From Enoplolaimus lenunculus (lineage: Eukaryota), in assembly GCA_030248215.1 (NCBI GenBank), contig JASANG010003810.1, positions 558,001-622,000 on the forward strand: a stretch of 64,000 nt of DNA. The letters run 5' to 3'. Of the stretch, positions 10,778-21,700 are shown piece after piece. The notes under the pieces were generated by a model that saw only the letters and a list, made by a program, of their open reading frames with translations, had not been told where the DNA came from and searched no databases. The stretch's first letter is position 1. Every line of letters begins with the position of its first letter. The position numbers were made by a program, and so were the translations under genes.

Positions 10778-13700
10778 GTGATTTTTTGAACTCGTCCAAT
10801 AATTCTCGGCCACTTTAACTATCGTAGTAATGCTAGGAGCAAATTGTATCCCCCTTGTTTAAGGGGGGGGGGTAGGTGTACTGAAGTATACTGTTAATCT
10901 CTTGCTTAAACACCCCCTGATTGAGGGGGTTTCGAACAAAAATGCAACGCGTGCTGGTACATTCTTTAATACACAGAATGTACCCAGTTGCACACTCTTC
11001 TTATAAAAAGTGATCATCCACTCTTGATTCAACTAACTGTATTACAGAAGCGATAGGCTTAATTTTTGTCAATCTGAAATGTTGGCTACGCCCATATGCT
11101 ATTAAACATTGTGTTTATTTCATGTGACACAACCAGAGGCAGATCCAAAACTTTTTGACGGGGGGGCCGGCTGGCAAATGTTATGAAACGCAAAAATTGT
11201 AATATAGGGACCATATCATTTTATCACCAAAAAAATTTCTGAGGGCGAAAACTTGTAAGGTAGGAGGGACCTTACCATTTTAACACAAAATAATTTCGGA
11301 CGGGGGGAACCTGGAGCTGCTAGTGGACAGAATTAAAAAAAATGAAAGATTTAGTTTAAACACTAAATTGTCAGCGGTCTCAAAAACGGCTTAATCTGTT
11401 GGTTTGAGAAATAGTCAAAATTTTAATAGTAAAAGTCGCGTGAGAAATTGAAAATTTTTTTTCTAAATTCACTTTTCTACTAATTCTCATTGAATTTTAG
11501 GAAAATATTTTGGTAAACATAGACACCGTTTCAGGTCATAGAACTTAAAGGATGTGAAAAGAGTTATCGTAAATTTGCATTTTTTTTTTGATTTTACATG
11601 GCTCAAAGGTCCAGTGTTAGGGCAGTCCCACCTAAACAGGAGCGGGGGGGGGCGTTTAGCTTGTTAAGATAGGGACTGTCCCCCAAGGATCGAGATCCTC
11701 AAACTGTGGGATTTGACGGCGTTTCCGCCGGCACTGTTGGCTCGGCTCCTGATAAAAGATGTGGAAACACTGTAAAAAGACACTTGTATAGACAGTAGGA
11801 TTAACCTACCTTACTGTAAAGTTAAAGGTTTGAATTTAGATTTCCTGCCCACTCTCAGCTTCCTTAAATTCACCAGATGGTAGCCTTTAATCAGGACGAG
11901 AGGTCTACGTTCCCCGATGTCACACGCTAAAGTTTTCAGACCTTCTCGAGATGATGGGCATATCCACATCTGTACACTTACATGCTCTAGAAATAAAACC
12001 TACTAGTACACGTACTTAGTGGCACATATATGCAACTGGACTAAGGCTTCCTCGGCCCTGGGCTAAATTGTTGCCTGGGCCCTCAAATAAATTTAAGTGG
12101 GCGAAGTTGAAAAAACTGCATTTTGAAAAGCTGTAGCGCTTTGCAGATATATAAAACACATCCGAAACAATAGTTGTTCTCAATGCATACTGTCTCAATT
12201 TGCATAACGTAAACAAAAATCTGCTGGAACGCTGCCCCAAATACGTATGCGAAGTATTCCAGCTTTAATATATAGATGTCTCGCTCGCTATAATGGCTCA
12301 CACAAAAAAACTTTTTACTTTTAATAAAGAGGTGTGCACTCCCAAAATAAAATCATGCCTAATGCGCGTGAAATAAACGGCTGACGAAAAGTTTAAGCAG
12401 CGGCGTTTTACAACGGAACCTAGATTGATTTAATTATGTTTGTGCTAAATAAATACGCACGGTGCAGTTTTGGCCGCGGGCATTATTTCGTGCGCTTAAA
12501 TTTGCCGTTTAGCGTTCAGTTTAAACGCGCAATTTTGGCTGCGAAATTTTGAGGTTTTTTTGGAAACAGAGACCGGCTTCACAAATCTTGGTTGGGCAGA
12601 TAATTTTTCAATGTGGGTATGGTTAAATTTGGTGGGTAACCTGATTTTGTACTGGTAGACGCCAGTTGGTTGGTTGCCAGGTTGACTTGACGATAATGTC
12701 AGTAGCAGGGGCTTATGCAAAAAGGGGTATTAGCGGCGATATGTAGGTGAAATTGTAGAATGGCGCCTCAAATTGGTATAATATTTTTTTCGCTAATTTC
12801 TGAAATGGACATCCTGTCACACAAGCGCTGGACTAAACACGGTCCCGTAGTCAGGGTGAGCAGCGACCGCTGAGACACTACTGAAAAAATTTTGGTCCCT
12901 TTGAAAATTGTCAGCCTCACTTGTAAGTCATCAACAAAAAATTTCTGACGGGGGGGCGTACGACCACCCTCCGGCCCACCCTCTGGATCCGCTACTGGGT
13001 CCGAGGGTAGTATAGAACCGTCCCTAGGCAAACTGAATGGAAGTCACCATTTTCTAGATCTTCCAACACTAATCAAAACCAAGATATTGTAGTAAAGTTT
13101 AGCACTAAAATGGCGTTTGGCTTATCGTTCGGCTTGATCGCCAGGGTTCCGGCTATCATATCTAGTGCCATTCGTTTCAGAAATATTTGAATCCACAAGT
13201 GGCATCATCGGTTGCTTCTCAGCTTCATAGTAATTCGCTTAATTGCAATGACGTCAATAGCTTGATCGGTATAATATTCGGTTTTAGCTAAGTAATTATG
13301 CTTTGATCAAAACTTATCTGTATTAACAATACATGAGATTACGAGTATCATGTTTATCATTAACGGAATAGTTTTTCGTTATTATCTTAGCGGCCTATGT
13401 TACTTTAAGGGGCGTCCAGGTTTCTGGTGGGTCGATAAAAGTGTAAGTTTAGATTCTAGATTACATTTGTTTTGCTTATGCTTAGGCTTAGGAACACATT
13501 TTTGCAACGCTTATGTTTAGAATTAGGAATACGCTTAATCTTGGAATATCATATGATGTTCGCATAAATGTCCCACAGTATCACGTGACATACCGTCCCT
13601 TGTACACATTGATCATTTGAGAGCGGTGGTTTGTAAGGTAATGTCATATGGCTTTCGAGTTTTGTCTGTTCACCCGATATGAGTGCTCGAATTTTAACGT

Positions 13701-14561
13701 TGACGTCGAAACAACATGGGACAAACCGTGTCCCGCCTGCCCCGGTTATAACGTGAACCCCGCATTACGCCCTTAAAAGTAACATTGGCCAACTTTTCTA
13801 TCAGGTTCACATGGTTCCGCAGCATTGTTTACAAACTGTAAGGTTAATCTAGACTGGTCATACTCATTGTTTAAACCTAAAGTCATATTCCCAATGAACA
13901 AAGTCTAAGCATAAGGGTCAAAATTAGTCTAAAGCCTAAGCCTACTTTTTTGCTGTCCGACCAGAAAACTTAAACACCCTAGAACTATCATTCTGAAACC
14001 GACTCTAAGCACAGCGGGCCCGTTGTCACGGGAGGGCCAGGGGGCTCAGACCCCCCACCGAAATATTTTTGGGCACGTCTTTGTTGAGACTCATCTTCTT
14101 AAGCTTAGGCTTGGGCTTAAAGTTCACAACTTGGCTTAACGTGTGCTGATTTTATTCGGAACTTGGTCAACATTGAATCCAAAATTCGGATATTTCGTAA
14201 CGAATTCAGGAATTTTAATAAAACTTACCTCATGGGCTGTACAGCCGCTGCGGGTAGCCTTCGATTTTCCTACCCAAAGATAAAGTCTTTATCCTTAATA
14301 TAACCTAGAGTCCTTGTAGCTCTTGTGGTATCTAAGGTAAACATGGGTACGCAAGAATATTTATTACGGCTGATCAAGCGTTAAAAATGGTAAAAGCATT
14401 CATATGCGCTACGTTTACAGTTCACATCGTTGCATTTTCTTTTATGCTTATAGCACAGTTGTTAACTATTGCTGTTCTATATATATGTATATATATATAA
14501 CTTGAGGCGGATCCAAAAATTTTTAACGGGGGGTGGGCTGGCTAATGTTAAGAAACGCAAT

Positions 14562-15686
14562 AATTGTACGGTAGGGACCTTTTACCATTTTATCACCAAA
14601 ATTTTTTTCTGAGGGCGACAAATTGTACGGTAGGGACCTTACCATTTTATCAGCAAAAATTTTTTCTGAGGGCGACAAATTGTACGGTAGGGACCTTACC
14701 ATTTTATCACCAAAAATTTTTTCTGAGGGCGACAAATTGTACGCTAGGGACCTTACCATTTTATCACCAAAATTTTTTCTGAGGGCGACAAATTGTACGG
14801 TAGGGACCTTTTACCATTTTATCACCAAAAATTTTTTCTGAGGGCGACAAACTGTACGGTAGGGACCTTACCATTTTATCACCAAAAATTTTTTCTGAGG
14901 GCGACAAATTGTACGGTAGGGACCTTACCATTTTATCACCAAAAATTTTTTCTGAGGGCGACAAATTGTACGGTAGGGAGCTTACCATTTTATCAGCAAA
15001 AATTTTTTCTGAGGGCGACAAATTGTACGCTAGGGACCTTACCATTTTATCACCAAAAATTTTTTCTGAGGGCGACAAATTGTACGCTAGGGACCTTACC
15101 ATTTTATCACCAAAATTTTTTCTGAGGGCGACAAATTGTACGGTAGGGACCTTTTACCATTTTATCACCAAAAATTTTTTCTGAGGGCGACAAACTGTAC
15201 GGTAGGGACCTTACCATTTTATCACCAAAAATTTTTTCTGAGGGCGACAAATTGTACGGTAGGGACCTTACCATTTTATCACCAAAAATTTTTTCTGAGG
15301 GCGACAAATTGTACGGTAGGGACCTTACCATTTTATCACCAAAAATTTTTTCTGAGGGCGACAAATTGTACGCTAGGGACCTTACCATTTTATCACCAAA
15401 ATTTTTTTCTGAGGGCGACAAATTGTACGGTAGGGACCTTACCATTTTATCACCAAAAATTTTTTCTGAGGGCAACAAATTGTACGGTAGGGACCTTACC
15501 ATTTTATCACCAAAAATTTTTTCTGAGGGCGACAAACTGTACGGTAGGGACCTTACCATTTTATCACCAAAATTTTTTTCTGAGGGCGACAAATTGTACG
15601 GTAGGGACCTTATCATTTTATCACCAAAAATTTTTCTGAGGGCGACAAATTGTACGGTAGGGACCTTACCATTTTATCACCAAAAA
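14562..15686. repeat. 57-bp tandem repeat, about 20 copies, expanded from within a MITE
   Basis: Unit aattgtacggtagggaccttaccattttatcaccaaaaattttttctgagggcgaca; near-identical copies. Confidence 0.96.
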
Positions 15687-17198
15687 ATTATTCTGCGGGA
15701 AAAATTGTGTTTTTACAAAACAATTGCAAACGCTTTTACCGTTGTTCAGGACAGCTCAAACAGATGCTTGAAAAACATTACGTATGTATGTCATTTGTTC
15801 AACTTGATTTACAGTTCCGGCAGGAATTCCTGCCAAAATTCAATTCCTGTTCCTGTGCCTGCATTCACAGATGCAGGAACCTTTAGTTAGTTCCTATTAG
15901 AAGCCTGATATATACATACATATATAAATATAAATATATTATAATTTGGTTCATATTTTTCAAGTTTTGAACAATATTTGTCAACATTTAGGTTAACAGT
16001 TGAGAAATTTAAAATTCTTTAATTTGAAGTGACATCGTTAAGCTTGAAAAACATTTTTTAATTGTAAAAATAGCATAACTTTGCATTGATGATTATTAAT
16101 TATTGTTTCAACGTTAAAGTTGAATTAATCACAATAGTTTTACCTCATGGGCGTGTGCAGAAAATTATATTTTGGAGGCACCAAATAATTTTGGTGGTCC
16201 TTACAGTGGCAATTCAACATTGTTTACTTTTAGACCGAATCGATTTGGGGGAACCAGTTAAACTTGGGTGCGCCCTCCGTGGGGACACGCTTGTGTTGTT
16301 ATATATTGTTTTTAGATTTGTATTTATAGAATATTTTATAAACTTTCAAATTTAATATTAAAAAAAACGCTGATTTTCATAATTAAAAGACAAACTTTTC
16401 TGCGGGTATTTGGATTATTGGTGTTAAAATTGGTTTTGGGATTGAGATTAACAAATATATATAACCCTGCGTCAAGATAATATTTAGCAAATATGATTCA
16501 GGTATCTGAATCGATAACAGAACAGGTAAATTGTAGGTTTTGAAGTTGCAGTTGCTTTTTGCAATACCGCAACGCAAAATAACGTGCGCAAACCTCATTT
16601 TTACGGGCCTGTAGCCAAGGGGCCGCCTGGGGGGGGGGGGCTCAGCCAGCCATAGAAAAATTTTGGACCCCCTAGAATATTTTCAACCTTGCTTGTAACT
16701 CATTGAAAACACTTGAATGTCTCTCCTGAAAAATTTTTAGGCCCCCCTAGCAAGGTGAGCTGGCTACGGAACTGCATTTTTTAGCAAATAATTTTCTATA
16801 GTTTAAGTTAATTTAGGAATATATACATTTAAGACTTCGGTTTTCTGCTATGACCATAGGTTAGCAATATACTTTGAGTAATAAATCAAATTCTGTACTG
16901 AACTTATTAATTTGACCCAGAAAGCAGTTACGCAATCTATTTATGGTAAATGACGTTTGGACTAATTCGTAATTTTGGACTCTATCCATTTATGGACTTT
17001 AATTATGAAAATAAACTCCTATTGGTTTAGACTCAAAATAGGTTCCACAGATACGTCTCTATTCTTATTTGGGTTACTACAGAAGTTATAATATTTTTGT
17101 GCTCAACCAGTGCGAATTTGTGTATCATGTCGCTTAATTAGCTTCATTTATGTTTTATCTTGAAACTTTGAAAGAGGTGTATTTAGTGAAACAATTTG

Positions 17199-17372
17199 GG
17201 CCCATGCAAAGATCATGGCCGGAACGCTTTTCTGTGGAACTGCAATAGAGTACGCTTAAGCTTTAGACTATTTTTTGCTTAGACTTAGGTATAGCTATAA
17301 GCTTATTTTTACGCTTAGGCTTACGAATATGCTTATGCAGTTACTGTTGCGGCTTAGTTATATACATTGGCC
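17199..17372 (+). mobile_element. TTAGGC MITE family A
   Basis: Family TIRs; TSD ACAATTTG/AAAGTTTG. Confidence 0.8.
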
Positions 17373-17455
17373 AAAGTTTGAAACAAAGGGTTCGAACTAT
17401 TTTAAGTGCCCATATTCTCAATTGCATATAGCACCTATCACTAGTTAGTAATAGC

Positions 17456-17906
17456 AAGAGCATATGATGCAAACTTCAACAAGAGTGTGCAACTGGGTGC
17501 ATTCTGTATTCAAAACAATGTAGCCGTCACGTGTTGCATTTTCCCCTTACTCCCCTCATTTAGAGGGCTGTTAAAATCTTGAAATCAGGCAAACGCTGTT
17601 GCGATACACAGTGCAAACATTAACCAGATTATATTGCTGATTTAGGTTTAGCTGAGTTCTGTGCGCAGTTAACCCCCCTTAAGAGCATATGATGCAAACT
17701 TCAACAAGAGTGTGCAACTGGGTGCATTCTGTATACAAAACAATGTAGCCGTCACGTGTTGCATTTTCCCCTTACTCCCCTCATTTAGGGGGGCTGTTAA
17801 AATCTTGAAATCAGGCAAACGCTGTTGCGATACACAGTGCAAACATTAACCAGATTATATTGCTGATTTAGGTTTAGCTGAGTTCTGTGCGCAGTTAACC
17901 CCCCTT
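17456..17906. repeat. 225-bp tandem duplication inside nested MITEs
   Basis: 17456-17680 repeated nearly identically at 17681-17906. Confidence 0.92.
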
Positions 17907-18276
17907 ATATAAAGGGGGTGGGTTTGGGTATGGAAAAACCGCAATGCGCAGCGGTACTTTTTAAACAACACGTATTTTTCGAAGGTGTACACTCTTATCA
18001 TCGACTCTTGGTAATAGGTTTTCAAACTAACGAACTGCTGCAATAGCATATCTCAAAACTTGCACAGAAGTAGAGTAAATCGAATGCAATAAATATGCTG
18101 AATTTCAAATAATCATGATTCCCTGGTTCGAAGGTTATTACAAGACCTATCACCAACTGGTATCACCAACTAGTAATACGTGCTACACACATCTGAGAAT
18201 ATGGGCAAAGATTTCAAGTCCTATTTTAATGAACGCTATAAAATGACAACCATGTTTGACCTATAAACTATATTAA

Positions 18277-18538
18277 CCCCTTCTCACATTGAGTTGCCTG
18301 TAGGCAACTCAGCGCAGTGTATACACTCTAAATAGTATATATCGCATCGTGTTTAACAATTGCAACACGTATACATAGTACTAAATCACCACAAGACGTG
18401 ATAGCCCCCTCGGGCTCAGCGTCAAGCTCCTATAGCTGAGTGGTGATGGTATACGCTTGCCACTCCAGTCACTGGAGTTCGAATCCTAGCATAAAAGTAG
18501 GTCTCATGTGAAATAGAAAATATTCATGTGAGAAAGGG
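18277..18538 (+). mobile_element. piggyBac-like MITE carrying a tRNA-like segment
   Basis: TTAA|CCCCTTCTCACAT...ATGTGAGAAAGGG|TTAA; internal A box TAGCTGAGTGG and B box AGTTCGAATCC. Confidence 0.8.
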
Positions 18539-18659
18539 TTAATATTAAAAATACTCAAAATTTCAGAAAAAAAATTTTTAAGAAAAAAAGTTGAAAATTT
18601 TCAAACATGGATTTTGGGAAATATATTTTCAGTAATTTTTGTCTTTTTGTTTATTTCAG

Positions 18660-18708
18660 ATGAATCGGCCGATGCAAGTGAAACCAGCAGATAGCGAAAA
18701 TCGTGGCG
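18660..18708 (+). CDS. unc-75: CELF exon A, end of RRM1 ([16 protein letters not shown])
   Basis: ttatttcAG acceptor, G|GTAAGA donor; 49 nt, phase 0-1; conserved CELF peptide. Confidence 0.92.
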
Positions 18709-21700
18709 GTAAGATTTAACCTTATTTTGACGTATAAATTAATGGATTTAATTTACCTTTCGTGAACGGTTCTATATGGTACTGCATAAAGTAGAATTAC
18801 TGAGTCAAATTTAACTCGAAGACAAAAAATTAAGATGATATCTTGGTTTTGAACTCGTAGCTTTGAATTAGCATTTTAAATTTTCAATAAGCTAATTTTA
18901 AGGAACGTCTACAAACCATGTGTTTATACAAGAGTGCATGATACAAGAGTATACAACTCGTGGAGTTTCGCATGATACAAAATACACCCGAAATGCGTTG
19001 TGTTTTTGACCGACCCCCTTTATTTGGAGGGGGGCACAACATGTTCGAACCATGGCAATGTATGTATTCGGCATCAAAAATGCTCCGCTTATAGTTTAAT
19101 TTAGGGGTATCGCATGTGACGGTGACTCCTCATGTAAATAAGGGGGGGTTGGACCAAAAACGCAGCGCCCGGTGGTATATTTTGTACCATGCGGAACTCC
19201 AAGATTTGCACACTCTTGTATAATGCACTCTTGGCCTAAGTGGCCAGGAGTTGAAGCAAATTTGAAATGCATAAGTGGTATTGCAAGTGAATTGCTTTGT
19301 ACATCAAATACCACGTTGGGTAAATGTATAGAACAGGGCCGTAACAGTAGTATAAAAAATTATCTAAACCTAAATGTAAAGATAGGCCCATATCTAAACC
19401 TAAGCCTAATCCTAAGCAAAAAATTAGTCTACAGCTTAAACTTACTCTATTGCAGTTTTGCACCAAAAAAACTGTCCGGGTCTTTACTAAAATTGCGTGA
19501 GTCTGCTCTATACTGAATTAAAGAAAATTTTTACAAGTTAGATTTTCAACGAGAACTTTTGAGCAGGTGATAATTTGTCGTTGAAATTCTCGTTGTAGTT
19601 ATTAAAATGTTTAAATATTTGAATTCTAAATCAGACATAGGTCCAAGTTTAAATCCAACAACAATCACGCAAAGATGTAGAGTAAAATGCTACATACTGC
19701 TAGTGTCACGCAAAAATAGATGCTTTAAATTGACTGTAAATTTCAGTGAGTTGATTTTAATTCAGATTGAGTTGAATCACTGTAGTCTGAGTTAGGACTA
19801 TCAGAACTCAGTATTTTGACTTGATTCAATTCATGCTGAGTTAACTAATCAACTCAACCAGAGTCAATTCAACTCTCAGAGTGAGAATCAACTCAACTCA
19901 GAAACAGATAATGTTTACTGATATTAATTCAGAAATAACCAACTCGCTAGCTGAATTGATTAACCAACTAATTGGAATTTACAGTAATTCTCAAATGTGT
20001 GTAACACCTATCATTCGTTTGCGATAGTTCGTGTGAATTTTAAACCAGCGAATTCGCAGCAACATTTGATATAATTAGCAGATTTAGGATATTTTGTCAG
20101 TTCTGGTTCGGAATGAATGATCAGGAAAGCTTCGCAGCAGCTAAAGTTTAGGAAAAAACCCATATAGATCTGTTTTAGGCTAACACTCTACGTTTAGAAC
20201 GCTGTTTTTGAAACCTAATCCTAAGCCTGAGCGTAAGTCTGAGGGTTAAAGTCTGCAGGAACCAAACCCTGCAGTACACTGATTCCAAGCTTTGTTCATT
20301 CCCTAAATCTTAGTTAATTTGCAGGGTCCCAACAGGAACTAAATTTTGCCGGAACAGGAATTTAAACTCTTTGCAGGTACCGGAACATGAACAGGAACTG
20401 GAATTTGAAATAATTTTCATCATGGAAAATTTCAATTGGACATCTTAGAAACTTGCCAAAACATGGCTTAAGCGAATTTTCAGCTATTTTATCACCAAGT
20501 TTTGCGAAAGCACATTAGCAACGGTTTATTAACAAAATAGAATTAATTGCAAAAACATTAGTTTCAAAATAACCTTTTTAAGCACAAAGTTTCCAATATT
20601 CAAATGATTATGAATAATTTACCACAAGACCGTAAAAATTCCGGTTGCTGCGTGTATGAATACAGGAACAGGTATTGAATTTGTACGGGAATTCCGGCCG
20701 GAATAGGAATTCCGGTTGCATCCTGTTAAATTTAACATACTATCAGTTATCACGACTATACAAATATCGTCGATATATTTGTCATCAAACTAGTAGCTGC
20801 ATTTAATATATAAATATATATAAATATGTATATATATATAAATATATATAAATATATATATATCTATATATCTATATATATGGTTTTAGTTTTGATTAAA
20901 AATTCTTCTTAGACTAGCTATGTAATTTAGCGAAAGATTTGGTTCAAAAATTATAAGGATACGACATATATATGGTAGCAACGTGGCACAGTACAGAATT
21001 TTAGTTTGGTTTTATAATTAAATTATGACTCGGTATTTTAGTAGACGTCCTAACAACGTTCCTTTAGGTTTCAGCTGCGATTTTGCTTATGTACCTACTT
21101 GACTTATTGTGTGAAGAGTTGTGTTTCATATACATATTCACTTATTAAACCACAGAAGCGCCGGGGGGTGAAGTTAGCCAGTTCCCCGGAGAAATTTTGC
21201 ACCACCCCCTATACAACTTTAAGCGCCGCTTGATGAAAGCTTGCTATTTCGTCCGCATGCTTGATCTAAAATAGATTTGAGCTCTCCTATTGGTAGGATG
21301 ACATGAACACAAACCTGATTGGATTATAAAAATATATTACTGAAGGATCGAAAACCGGGGGGACATAACCATGAACAACTATCGTGAACCAAGACGAATC
21401 TTTCAGAAATTGCAGCAGATGTTATTTGCTAAAGGGGGGTAAAAAGTGGATGCCTGGCACGTTCGTCCGACGTTGAGAATGTCAAGAACCGCTGGACCGA
21501 TTTTGATAAACTTTATTGGGTTAAAAGTTTACTAAAATTCTAGGATGTCAATGTCAAATTGGCGTTCACTCTCAAGATAATCATTTGTAACCAGAGGCCA
21601 GGGAGGGCTCAACAATCCTGGAACAATTTTGCCCCCCCCTAGAAGATTTTCAACCTTGTTTGTAAGTCATTGAAAACATTTAAATGCCGCTCCTGAAAAA

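Noticed and set aside
14523..15890. Repetitive ORFs (YGRDLTILSPKIFSEGDKL)n
   Set aside because: Translation of a 57-bp TE-derived satellite, broken by frameshifting unit variants.
18426..18499. Functional tRNA-Gly gene
   Set aside because: Acceptor and anticodon stems do not pair properly and it lies inside a MITE.
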